Source: Mobula hypostoma
Lineage: Eukaryota
Direction: 5' to 3'
DNA length: 64,000 nt
Assembly (NCBI RefSeq): GCF_963921235.1
Contig: NC_086097.1
Span: 166,596,001 to 166,660,000, forward strand
Shown in pieces: positions 26,941-39,615 of the stretch. A model generated the notes under the pieces. That model was not told the DNA's origin and searched no databases. It worked only from the letters and a program-made list of their open reading frames with translations. Each line of letters opens with the position of its first letter. Position 1 is the first letter of the stretch. Position numbers and translations under genes: made by a program.

Positions 26941-27669
26941 ATGAGTCACAATATTCATACTGGTATGCCTTATCATAATTTACATCTTCTTTAACTTGTT
27001 TAAAGGTGATTATTAACAGAACAGTTCAAACTCGCATAAATGCGCCTAGTAATCTGCCTAACCATGAAATAATCTTCTGAATATTTTGAAGAATTTATAT
27101 CCTTTGATACTTCAGAACCTAAGTAGTCTTTTGATTGTTTTATAGTAACATACATACAAGTTTTTCCGTTTCTGAGTTTTTAGATGTAATGATTCTAAAC
27201 ATGTGATTCAGAATCAAAGGAGTGGATTGATGGATCTATTGTTTAATTGTCATTTTCTTTGCAGTTTAACAATTATCTGCTTCTATCTATGCAAAACAGT
27301 TTAATATGCCTCTAGTGGTTATACAAAGTATAATTCTGGAAGCTCTGAATTGAGTGAATAAGTATTTTTCTCATTGGTTAACTTTTTACTGCAGTATTGA
27401 CTTACTTTATAATTGGATTATTATTATCTATAGATTTGATTGGAATTTTCATTATCTCTATGGGTATAAAATAGTTGTATTGTGCTAGGCGTAATATTTT
27501 TATTCCTGTTCTTGAATTGTAGCTTTCCCTGTCACTGTCTGTTCAGTTTCCTCTGTTCTGTCAACTCTTAATAAACAATCATGAAGCAACAAGTTTTGTG
27601 CCTCGTTCCTGACTTCTAAAAGAAACTTGGATTTAAACACCAAACTCCAACACCATGCTTCTGGCACCA

Positions 27670-28195
27670 TTCCACAAAGTTTAAATCTGAAAGTAAATGT
27701 ATGTCACTATTTATTATTTTGAGATTCATTTTCTCGCAGGCATTCTTAGTAAATACAAAGAAACACAATAGAATCGATGAAGAGCGGCACATAGTAAAGA
27801 CGGACAAACAACCAATGTGCAAAAGACAACAAATTGTGCAAATACAAAATAAATAAGTAAATAATATTGAGAACATGAGTTGTAGAGTACTTGAAAGTGC
27901 CCATTGGTTGTGGAATCAGTTCAGCGTTAGGGTAAGTGAAGTTGTCCATTCGGGTTCAGGAGCCTGATGGTTGAGGGTTAATAACTGTTCCTGAATCTGA
28001 TGGTGTTGGTCCTGAGGTTCCTTTACCTCCTGTCTGATGGCAGCAGCGAGCGAGAACGGTGCATGACCTGGATGTTGAAGGTCCTCGATAGTGGATGCTG
28101 CTTTCCTGAGATAGTGCTCCCTTGCAGATGTGCTCAGTGGTGGGAAGGGCTTTATTATTGATGGCTGTATCCACCATTTTTTGTAGAATTTCCAT
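27670..28195 (-). mobile_element. Rex1-like LINE 3' fragment
   Basis: Similar to the 3' part of the element at 3570-4520, in opposite orientation. Confidence 0.65.
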
Positions 28196-29280
28196 TTAAC
28201 TTGTTAACCCTAACCCGTATGTATGCCTTTGGAATGTGAGATGAAACTGGAGCACGTGGAGGAAACCTATGCGGTCATGGAGAGAATGTGCTGATAGTGG
28301 TAGGAACTGAATTCTAATCACTGGCACTGTAAAGTATTGCGCTAACCACTATGCTACCATGTGGCTGACAGTACTCATGACAATGTACTGTTTCCCCAGT
28401 ATTGCACTGATGTGTTGGCTCTAACTTTGTTATAAAACAAGAATGGAACCATTGGAACCTAACCATGTTATTTGGAGACCCGAAAACTATTTGACCTGAA
28501 TGTCATAGAAATAGAGAAAGGTGAGTTGATTTAATTAGTTAACCTTGAATGGTCTGAGACTTGGATATAAGTCAAGTTTGCAAGCTGTATATGTGAATCC
28601 TGTTTTTGATAAGAGGACTGAGTACATGTTGGATGAAGTTAATGAGAATTAGTTTCATTTGAAGGACAATGTCTTAGAAATTTTCCACATAGAGAGGATC
28701 GTGTAAATTCAGTGCTGACTATGAGCTGGTAGATCATTTTGGACATAAATAGAATCTAAGAATATCGCAGGTTCCTGCTGAATAGCAATGTAGACTCTGG
28801 GTTATGTACCTTATTCTTATGCATATTTGTGGCCAGTGATGTGACAAAAAGGTAGAGATATGGTGAAGGATTTGTTTATTATTAATTTGTAATTAATGTT
28901 TTCAGCTGTTTCTGGGTTGGAGACTTTTCTGCCTGCTTAATCTGCATTCATCCACATAGCTGAGTGAGTCCTGTTATTCTGCTGCTCTGAAATAATTTAA
29001 CATGATACTGAAATGATGCTCTCCATGTTCACCTGATTTATGCTATTTTAATTTTATTGCAGCAAGGAAGTTGACTTGTTTTACTTCCCCATTATAATGA
29101 ATGAATTGAGGAACCAAAAATTATATGATATTGGTCCCGCAAAATGAGCGATAGCCATTTAACACACTTTTTTGATTTTACTTATTGGAGGAATTTCCTC
29201 ATTAACCTGTATAGCTTCTCTGTTTAATACTTTTTCTTTCCGAGAGGTTCACTTAAGAGTTTATTTTTCCTTGCTAATAG

Positions 29281-29362
29281 GAAATCAACCTTGTTGGATC
29301 TGAACTGGGTATTATTCCCACAATTATCCGTGGGGAGGAACTAAATCACAAGGGATTTGGAG
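29281..29362 (+). CDS. NPEPL1: NPEPL1-like exon 5
   Basis: aatag|...|gtaata; 82 bp; EINLVGSELGIIPTIIRGEELNHKGFG(G). Confidence 0.92.
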
Positions 29363-30049
29363 GTAATATCCAGAGTAGAGCGATAAGTATTTCTAAAAGA
29401 TTAAAATTATGATAATAATAATAGTAGAATGTAAACATTGTACAGCTAGATATGGTTAAAGGCAGGATTGAGCTTCTAGTACCCTAGCTACTTCTACTAA
29501 TAAAACACCAGAAGCTGCAATTTACAGAAAACATAATCATACTGAGCAGAAAGCCATCATGATTTCCTGCCAGCTGCTCTGTGGAGAAATTGTTCTGAAC
29601 TAAAAGCAAAGGAGTGTGAAACCATCCCTTGAAGGAATGAGTGAAACAATCTTGAGTAGATTGAAGAACTGGGCAGACAACTGGCAATTGTTATTTGACA
29701 TGAACAATGCACTGAATTTGCAGAAATAAAGCACTGAGATTTTAAGAATAATTTAAATGGAAGGGGATTCGAAGGTGGACATTTCTGTAAAGCCACTGGC
29801 ACCAAGTAGGTTAGCAACATGGTTAATATATTGCAGTTTATTCCACACTTAAGCTCTTTATGGAAGGACATCAGTCGTGGAATTATATCTGCTATTCAAT
29901 GTGTAGTGAGAAGTTGCAAAGGGTTAATTGTATCTCTACCTGATGTGCAATCGAAAAGTCAAGAAATACAGATGTTGGGAATTGAAATTTTAAAAAAAAT
30001 GCATTTATGGATATTTTTACTTGAAGGGGATAACTCATTACATTTAAAT

Positions 30050-31165
30050 TGATGCTAAAGTTACATACGTGGATAGAGTGTTGGCTGATTGGCAGGAAAC
30101 AGAGAGTGGGAATAAAGGGATCCTATTCTGGTTGGCTGCTGGTTACCAGTGGTGTTCCACAGGGATCAGTGTTGGGGCCGCTTCTTTTTACGTTGTACAT
30201 CAACGATTTGGATTATGGAATAGATGGCTTTGTGGCTAAGTTTGTTGATGATATGAAATAGGTGGAGGGGCCGGTAGTGCTGAGGAAACGGAGAGTCTGC
30301 AGAGAGACTTGGATAGATTGGAAGAATAGGCAAAGAAGTAGCAAATGAAATGCAATGTTGGAAAGTGTATGGTTCTGCACTTTGGCAAAAGAAATAAATG
30401 GGCAGACTATTATTTAAATGGGGAGAGAATTCAAAGTTCTGAGATGCAACGGGACTTGGAAGTCCTCGTACAGGATACCCTTAAGGTTAACCTCTAGGTT
30501 GAGTCGGTGGTGAAGAAGGCGAATGCAATGTTGGCATTCATTTCTAGAGGAATAGAGTATAGGAGCAGGGATGTGATGTTAAGGCTCTATAAGGTGCTGG
30601 TGAGGCCTCACTTGGAGTACTGTGGGTAGTTTTGGTCTTATTTAAGAAAGGATGTGCTGACATTGGAGAGGGTACAGAGAAGAGTCACTAGAATGATTCC
30701 GGGAATGAGAGGGTTAACATATGAGCAATGTTTGTCCGCTCTTGGACTGTGTTCCTTGGAGTTTAGAAGAATGAGGGGAGACCTCATAGAAACATTTCGA
30801 ATGTTCAAAGGCATAGACAGGGTGGATGTGGCAAAGTTGTTTCCCATAATGGGGGAGTCTAGTATGAGAGGGCATGACTTAAGGATTGAAGGGCGCCCAT
30901 TCAGACCAGAGATGTGAAGAAATTTTTTAGCCAGAGGGTGGTGAATCTATGGAATTTGTTGCCACGGGCGGCAGTGGAGGCCAAGTCATTGGGTATATTT
31001 AAGGCAGAGATTGATAGGTATCTGAGTAGCCAGGGCATCAAAGGTTATGGTGAGAAGGTGGGGGAGTGGGACTAAATGGGAGAATGGATCAGCTCATGAT
31101 AAAATGGCGGAGCAGAGTCGATGGGCCGAATGGCCGACTTCTGCTCCTTTGTCTTATGGTCTATG
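30050..31165 (+). mobile_element. CR1 LINE 3' fragment
   Basis: [46 protein letters not shown]; tail tcttatggtctatgg. Confidence 0.9.
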
Positions 31166-31877
31166 GATTAGATAGCTGAGTAACGAGTGAATAAGGAGTA
31201 GTTTGTATGTGGCAAGGAGAAATAAATGCAGTTTGATATTTTCAGGATTTGGAAGTGTGTGGTTTACTAGGTTAGGTAACTTACTTTGATGTAGCCATAA
31301 ACTCTAAGGGAAATTTTCTGAGTTGGGAAAAGGAGACATGAACAATTACTCCAGATTCAGCTGGTTCATAATTAGTGAAATATACTGGCAAAGGAGATGG
31401 CTTCTATTGGCAAATCCAAGCATTGCTGCAATTTATCTTGGCAAACTATAAAGATGATTATAAATGTAAATTTGTATAATTTTTTTTTAACAATTTGGTC
31501 CTAGCAAATGTTTTAAAAATAATTCAAGTCGGGAGTTTCCCATTCTGCACACTCGCTACATTCAGCTTCCCACATGAAATAAATGCTCAGTAGTTTGTAC
31601 CAGTGAACTTTGCTTACATATTAGTGTTACTGTCGAAGAAATATTCTTTGCAGGATTTTCACTGACCTTTCTACGTTTGGGATTATGCTATTTCGCAGAT
31701 GTCTAGATTTCAACTTTCAGCCTTGATTTTGATTTCATTGAATGTTAATGCAATAGTTAAAATGCAAATCTGGACTGCAAAGTTTATTGGACCATATTTC
31801 TGCCTTTTTGATATGTATTAGAGATTCATTTTCTTTCATTAGGCATTTACTCCATTTGTATTTAATTGGCTGTTCAG

Positions 31878-32020
31878 GCATTTATGGAGTTGGAAAAGCT
31901 GCAGTGAACCCTCCTGCTCTTGCAATACTTAGTCATACACCAGAGGATGCTACGCAAACTATAGCCTGGGTCGGCAAGGGTATCGTTTATGATACCGGTG
32001 GTCTCAGCATTAAATCAAAG
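31878..32020 (+). CDS. NPEPL1: NPEPL1-like exon 6 (metal-binding GKG..YD motif, catalytic Lys)
   Basis: ttcag|...|gtgatg; 143 bp, phase matches exon 5; IYGVGKAAVNPPALAILSHTPEDATQTIAWVGKGIVYDTGGLSIKSK. Confidence 0.95.
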
Positions 32021-33813
32021 GTGATGTGGTGTTACTTTTCACTTCTTATGTTTGTATTGTACCTAATTTAGAGTGAACAAATATGTTGTAGTTGTTAAAT
32101 GCCTATCTCATTTTAAATTTATAAAATGAAGTACGAGTAAGATTAAAGTCCGATGTATCTTGATTCTCTTTAAACATCATAATAGCTATGAGAATGGATA
32201 TTCTGTGATTGGATCACAGAGACTGAAGAAAGATTTAAACAAGGTGCATAAAAATATGAGGACTCTCCAGAGACTAAATAAATACCCTTTCTTTTCCCCC
32301 TTTGCTGAGGAGTCAAAATCAGAAGTATCTGAATGATTGGGAGAAATAAACTTCAAGTGGAATTGAAGTGATATGGAATTCACTGCCTGACAGTTTGTAG
32401 AGGCAGTATCATTTATCATATTTACTAAGTGCTCATATCAGTTCTGTAGGTATTAGGAACTGCGGGGCATGGGATCAAGTGCCAAAAGATGAGTCCAGGT
32501 TCAAAAAAATGGGCCCTTTAAGCCCATTGAGCTTGCTCCACCCAATTACCTATTAACCAATTAACCTACTAACCTGTATGTCTTTGGAACGTGGGGGTAA
32601 ACTGGAGCACCCGGAGCAAACACATGAAGTCACGGGGGCAAAGTACAAACTCCTTACAGACAGCAGCGGGCTAAGTAGGTGCTTTTGAACTGGTACAAAA
32701 ACCATTGGTTGAGAAGACCGTTAGGCCATAAGAAATAGGAGCAGAATTGGGCCCTTTGGCCCATTGAGTCTGCTCTGCCAATACATCATGGCTGAACCAT
32801 TTTCCTCTCAGCTGCAATCTCCTCCCCCCCCCCAATATCCCTTCATACCCTGACCAGTCAAGAATCTATCAACCTCTGCCTTAAATATACATAAAGACTT
32901 GGCCTCCACAAAAAACTTCTTGTGTCATTGATTTTCCATGATTTGGAGGAGGCAAATATCCGTGAATATGTTTCTTGCATACCCTATATATTTACATGGA
33001 TTTTCTGTGACTGCTTTTTCTGCGTATCTTAAAATATATTCCAGAATATTACGGCTAGCCCATAACCATTGCATTTGGATGAACTACTTTAGTGGACTGT
33101 GAATTTTCAGACACTGCTTCTGCAAATACCTTTCAGTACAAATTTTGTATTTGGTCAATAAACAGAAAATGCTAAAAATACTCAATTACTTGGGCAGCAT
33201 CTGTAAAAACAAATGTTCAAAATCTGAAGGACTTTGGACTGAAATTTTCACTATTTCTACCTTCACAGATGCTGGCTAACTCAATTAGAATTTATTTGGT
33301 CTTACATTTACTAATAACTCTTCAAAAATAAGAAACCTTTAATTATTAACAACTGATAAGTAAACTGATATGTAGGAGTGAATACTTGAGGTAATCAATT
33401 GCCATAAATTACCCATTTGACATATTGACATTCCAGGTTCTAATATTGCCTTGACACTGTGTAATGGTTTCTTGATCCAGAATGAATCTTTATTAGTTTT
33501 GATGCACTTGATCTCCCTTTAATAAGACTGTACTCCAAAACAATATCAATATTGTTGTGTTAAAATCTCTTAATGGAGTAGTAGTGGAAACAATTTAAAA
33601 CCCATCAGGTTGTTTACCTTTGAAGAAGCTTGTCTTCTGTCGTGGCCAGATGATAATATGCTACACTATTACAATTATGACTCTAGCCAGATTCCAGTAT
33701 CTGCAGTCTCTTGTGGCACCATTAACATTTTGGCTTCTTTTATACTTTGTAACTAACTATTGATTGCTGATGTTTTTAAAATGAATGAGAATTCCATTTG
33801 CCTTATTTTGTAG

Positions 33814-33891
33814 TCACAGATGACAGGGATGAAGAGAGATTGTGGAGGAGCTGCTGCTGTCCTTGGAGCCTTCCGAGCAGCAGTGAAACAG
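33814..33891 (+). CDS. NPEPL1: NPEPL1-like exon 7
   Basis: tgtag|...|gtaggc; 78 bp; SQMTGMKRDCGGAAAVLGAFRAAVKQ (M17 MKxDxxG motif). Confidence 0.95.
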
Positions 33892-35603
33892 GTAGGCAGG
33901 TGTAACATTTTCCATTTCTGGTAGTAGGTCACCAGAGCAAATTTTTCTAAAAAGAAGATTTTTATAAATTTTGTTCTATAAAAGTTGTTCCAGTTTCTTT
34001 CTTTGTATTTCTTTCCTGATGCTGCTTATTGCTGGACATAGCGAAACTGGGCCCATACTTTTAAGAGAAGTGCTTTTAGGATGCTGGATACTGGGTAATT
34101 AGCTTCCAAAGTTGTATAGGTTCTTGGATTGTTAAGGGTATGGACATTGAATTTTCTAAATTCAGGTAATCCTCACCTCCAGTGTGTTTTCTACTCCTCC
34201 TTATCCCCTCTTTCTGATTCTCCTCCAGACCCCTGATTTTGTTTCCTTCGTACCTGCTCTTATCTGGTTCTGCTTCCATCAGACTTTCATCTCTACCCTA
34301 ATGGTTCCCATTATCTCCTGATTTATCAGTTTCCAACACTGGTAACCTTTGTGATCCTCTTCCAGCTGTCTCCACCTTCATTCTTCCTATTACCCATTGA
34401 TTCCATTTGCCTCTTATTTTTTTCTCTTTGTCATCATCTATTATCCACTTGCCTTTGATCCCCTACTCCATCCATCCTGTTTCCTTGCCTAACTCCATTG
34501 GCCCATTATTCTTAACCCACATGTCTCCAGTCTTGTCACTCCCCTTTAGACTGACTACATCCCCTCTCTACTCATAGCTATGATTCAGGGTTTCAACTTG
34601 AAACATTGACCTTCTTTCTCCTAACTCCACCTCCCCCCACCATCCTCAACATATTCTCCATAAGGCCATAAGACATAGGAGCAGAATTAGGCTATCTGGC
34701 CTGTTGAGTTTGCTCCGCTATTTCAACGTGGCTGATCAATTTTCCTCTCAATTACTCCGCTATTTTAACATGGCTAATCCATTTTCTTCTCAACCCCACT
34801 CTCCTGCTTTTTCCCCATAACCTTTCACGTCTAACTAATCAAGAACCTATTGACCTCTGTTAAATACACCAAATACTCTCCACAGTTGCATGTGGCAATG
34901 AATAAACATTCTAAATGCTCTTCCCTCTATTCTGAGGCTGTTCCCTCTGGACCTTGAGTCTCCACCATAGAAAACATCCTCTCCACATCTACTCTTGAAA
35001 TGACAATAGACAATAGGCGCAGGAGTAGGCCATTCGGCCCTTCGAGCCAGCACCGCCATTCACTGTGATCATGGCTGATCATCCACTATCAGTATCCAGT
35101 TTCTGCCTTATCCCCATAACCTTTGATTCCACGATCTTTAAGAGCTCCACTATCTTTAAATGCTAACATTGCATTTGCCTTCCTCACCACCGACTCAACA
35201 TGCAAATTACCATTTGGGGAATCCTGCACAAGGACTCCCAAGTCCCTTTGCACCTTTGATTTTTGAATTTTTTCCCCATTTAGAAAATAACTTGCGCTTT
35301 TATTCCTTCTACTAAAGCGCATAACCATACACCTCCCAACACTGTATTCCATCTGTCACTTCTTGGCCTATTTTCTCAATCTGTCAAAGTCCTTCTGCAG
35401 ACTCCCTGCTTCCTCGACACTGCTTGCCTCATCACCTACCTTCATATTATATGCAAACTTGGCCACAAAGCCGTCAATTCCATCATCCAAAGCATTGACA
35501 TACAATGTAAAAAGAAACAGTCCCAACACCAACCCCTATGGAACACCACTAGTCACTGAACGCCAATCAGAAAGGGCTCCCTTTATTCCCCCTCTTTGCC
35601 TGC

Positions 35604-36161
35604 TGCTGATCAGTCAATCCTCTATCCACGCTAGTATCTTTCCTGTTATACTTGGTGACAAGGCTTTTATCTTGCTGATCAGTCAATCCTCTATCCACGC
35701 TAGTATCTTTCCTGTTATACTGGGTGACAAGGCTTTTATCTTGCTGATCAGTCAATCCTCTATCCACGCTAGTATCTTTCCTGTTATACTGGGTGACAAG
35801 GCTTTTATCTTGCTGATCAGTCAATCCTCTATCCACGCTAGTATCTTTCCTGTTATACTGGGTGACAAGGCTTTTATCTTGCTGATCAGTCAATCCTCTA
35901 TCCACGCTAGTATCTTTCCTGTTATACTGGGTGACAAGGCTTTTATCTTGCTGATCAGTCAATCCTCTATCCACGCTAGTATCTTTCCTGTTATACTGGG
36001 TGACAAGGCTTTTATCTTGCTGATCAGTCAATCCTCTATCCACGCTAGTATCTTTCCTGTTATACTGGGTGACAAGGCTTTTATCTTGCTGATCAGTCAA
36101 TCCTCTATCCACGCTAGTATCTTTCCTGTTATACTTGGTGACAAGGCTTTTATCTTGCTGA
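35604..36161. repeat. 69-bp x 8 tandem repeat derived from CR1 RT sequence
   Basis: Unit TGCTGATCAGTCAATCCTCTATCCACGCTAGTATCTTTCCTGTTATACT(G/T)GGTGACAAGGCTTTTATCT repeated 8 times (552 bp), bounded by TGCTGA. Confidence 0.97.
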
Positions 36162-37157
36162 GCAGCTTCACCTGTGGTACTTTGTTAAAGACCTTCTGAA
36201 AATCCGTGTGCACAAGGCCCTTCGATTCTCCTTTGTCTATCCTGCTTGCTATTTCCTCAAAGAATTCCAGCATATTTTTTACCATGCTCATGGTCTGTTC
36301 TTTATCAAATTACGGTATTCCTTTGCACTGTTGTAACTATACGTTATAATTATGTGGTTTTTGTCAGTTTTTCAGTCGGTTTGTCATGTGTTTCTGTGAT
36401 GTCATTCTGGAGAAATGTATCATTTCTTAATGCACGCATTATTAAATGACAATAAAAGAGGACTACGTGTCCTCATAATCTAATCTAATATTTGTCAGAC
36501 AAGATTTTCCTTTAAGTTAACCATGTCAACTTTTGCCTATTTTGTCATGTAGTCAAAGTACCTTGAAACTACGTACTCAACAGTCGACTCCAACATCTTC
36601 TCAACCACTGAGGTCAGGCTAACTGGCCTACAATTTCCTTTCTTCTGCTCCCCTCCCTTCTTGAAAAGTGGCATGACATTTGCAATTTTCCAGTCATCTG
36701 GAACCTGCCAGAATCTAGTGATTCTTGAAAGATCATTACTAATGTCTCCACAATCTCTTCAGCTACCTCTTTCAGAACCCTGGGGTGTGATCGATCTGAT
36801 CCAGGTGACTTATTTACCTTCAGCCCTTGCAGCTCCCCAAAAACCTTTTCCTTAATAACAGCAACTGCACTCTCCTCTGCCCCCCTCGAACTTCTGGCAT
36901 ACTGCCGGTGTCATCCACTGTGAAGACTGAGGCAAAATGAGGTAAAATACTTATTCAGTTTGTCCGCCATTTCCTTGTCCCCAATTACTGCATCTCCAAT
37001 GTTATTTTGCAACAGCCTGATATCTATTCTCACATCTCTTTTATTCTTGATTTATCTGAAAAACTGTTTGGTATCCTCTTGATATTATTGGCTAGCTTAC
37101 CATCATATTTCATCTTTTCCCCTATTATGGCCTTTTTAGTTGCCTTTTGTTAGTTTT

Positions 37158-39615
37158 TAGAAACATAGAAACATAGAAACATAGAAAATAGGTGCAGGAG
37201 TAGGCCATTCGGCCCTTCGAGCCTGCACCGCCATTTATTATGATCATGGCTGATCATCCAACTCAGAACCCCGCCCCAGCCTTCCCTCCATACCCCCTGA
37301 CCCCTGTAGCCACAAGGGCCACATCTAACTCCCTCTTAAACATAGCCAATGAACTGGCCTCAACAGTTTGCTGTGGCAGAGAATTCCACAGATTCACCAC
37401 TCTCTGTGTGAAGAAGTTTTTCCTAATCTCGGTCCTAAAAGGCTTCCCCTCTATCCTCAAACTGTGACCCCTCGTTCTGGACTTCCCCAACATCGGGAAC
37501 AATCTTCCTGCATCTAGCCTGTCCAATCTCTTTAGGATCTTATACGTTTCAATCAGATCCCCCCTCAATCTTCTAAATTCCAATGAGTACAAGCCCAGTT
37601 CATCCAGTCTTTCTTCATATGAAAGTCCTGCCATCCAGGAATCAATCTGGTGAACCTTCTTTGTACTCCCTCTATGGCAAAGATGTCTTTCCTCAGATTA
37701 GGGGACCAAAACTGCACACAATACTCCAGGTGTGGTCTCACCACGGCCTTGTACAACTGCAGTAGTACCTCCCTGCTCCTGTACTCGAATCCTCTCGCTA
37801 TAAATGCCAGCATACCATTCGCCTTTTTCACCGCCTGCTGTACCTGCATGCCCACTTTCAATGACTGGTGTATAATGACACCCAGGTCTCGTTGCACCTC
37901 CCCTTTTCCTAATCGGCCACCATTCAGATAATAATCTGTTTTCCTATTTTTGCCACCAAAGTGGATAACTTCACATTTATCCACATTAAATTGCATCTGC
38001 CATGAGTTTGCCCACTCACCCAACCTATCCAAGTCACCCTGCATCCTCTTAGCATCCTCCTCACTGCTAACACTGCCACCCAGCTTCGTGTCATCCGCAA
38101 ACTTGGAGATGCTGCATTTAATTCCCTCATCCAAGTCATTAATATATATTGTAAACAACTGGGGTCCCAGCACTGAGCCTTGCGGTACCCCACTAGTCAC
38201 CGCCTGCCATTCTGAAAAGGTCCCGTTTATTCCCACTCCCTGCCTCCTACCTGCTAACCAATTCTCCACCCACACCAATACCTTACCTCCAATACCGTGT
38301 GCTTTAAGTTTGCACACTAATCTCCTGTGTGGGACCTTGTCAAAAGCCCTCTGAAAATCCAAATACACCACATCCACTGGTTCTCCCCTATCCACTCTAC
38401 TAGTTACATCCTCAAAAAATTCTATGAGATTCGTCAGACATGATTTTCCTTTCACAAATCCATGCTGACTTTGTCCGATCATTTCACCGCTTTCCAAATG
38501 TGCTGTTATCACATCCTTGATAACTGACTCCAGCAGTTTCCCCACCCCCGACGTTAGGCTAACCGGTCTATAATTCCCCGGTTTCTCTCTCCCTCCTTTT
38601 TTAAAAAGTGGGGTTACATTAGCCACCCTCCAATCCTCAGGAACTAGTCCAGAATCTAACGAGTTTTGAAAAATTATCACTAATGCATCCACTATTTCTT
38701 GGGCTACTTCCTTAAGCACTCTAGGATGCAGACCATCTGGCCCTGGGGATTTATCTGCCTTCAATCCCTTCAATTTACCTAACACCACTTCCCTACTAAC
38801 ATGTATTTCACTCAGTTCCTCCATCTCACTGGACCCTCTGTCCCTTACTATTTCTGGAAGATTATTTATGTCCTCCTTAGTGAAGACAGAACCAAAGTAA
38901 TTATTCAATTGGTCTGCCATGTCCTTGCTCCCCATAATCAATGCACCTGTTTCTGTCTGCAGGGGACCTACATTTGTCTTTACTAGTCTTTTCCTTTTTA
39001 CATATCTATAAAAGCTTTTACTGTCCGTTTTTATGTTCTCTGCCAGTTTTCTCTCATAATCTTTTTTCCCCTTCCTAATTAAGCCCTTTGTCCTCCTCTG
39101 CTGAACTCTGAATTTCTCCCAGTCCTCAGGTAAGCCACTTTCTCTGGCTAATTTGTATGCTACTTCTTTGGAATTGATACTATCCCTAATTTCTTTTGTC
39201 AGCCACGGGTGCACTACCTTCCTTGATTTATTCTTTTGCCAAACTGGGATGAACAATTGTTGTAGTTCATCCATGCAACCTTTAAATGCTTGCCATTGCA
39301 TATCCACCGTCAATCCTTTAAGTGTCATTTGCCAGTCTATCTTAGCTAATTCACGTCTCATACCTTCAAAGTTACCCCTCTTTTAGTTCAGAACCTTTGT
39401 TTCTGAATTAACTATGTCACTCTCCATATTAATGAAGAATTCCACCATATTATGGTCACTCTTACCCAAGGGGCCTCTCACGACAAGATCGCTAATTAAC
39501 CCTTCCTCATTGCTCAAAACCCAGTCCAGAATAGCCTGCTCTCCAGTTGGTTCCTCGACATGTTGGTTCAAAAAACCATCCCGCATACATTCCAAGAAAT
39601 CCTCTTCCTCAGCAC
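37158..39615 (-). mobile_element. Young 5'-truncated CR1 LINE with a nearly intact ORF2 RT region
   Basis: 598-aa open frame 39361-37565 with [42 protein letters not shown]; frameshifts near 39380 and 37635; (TTTCTATG)n tail. Confidence 0.95.

Larger units (their letters stand above)
19024..27652 (+). mobile_element. Degenerate endogenous retrovirus (class I-like) with two LTRs and nested LINEs
   Basis: 5' LTR 19024-19504 (TGTTGGAT...ATCCAACA) and homologous 3' LTR 27228-27652; PBS-like TGGTGGAATTGGCAGGAT at 19509-19526; purine tract AAAGGAGTGGA before the 3' LTR; TSD CCAT at 19020-19023 and 27653-27656; integrase C-terminal and env TM remnants. Confidence 0.85.

Noticed and set aside
35363..36199. 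278-aa (+) and 181-aa (-) ORFs with 23-aa repeats; array superficially CRISPR-like
   Set aside because: By-product of a 69-bp tandem repeat inside a CR1 remnant; units are contiguous with no unique spacers, and the context is a eukaryotic intron
37565..39361. 598-aa reverse transcriptase ORF as a host gene or retron-like system
   Set aside because: Typical CR1 ORF2, 5'-truncated, with frameshifts and a CR1 tail
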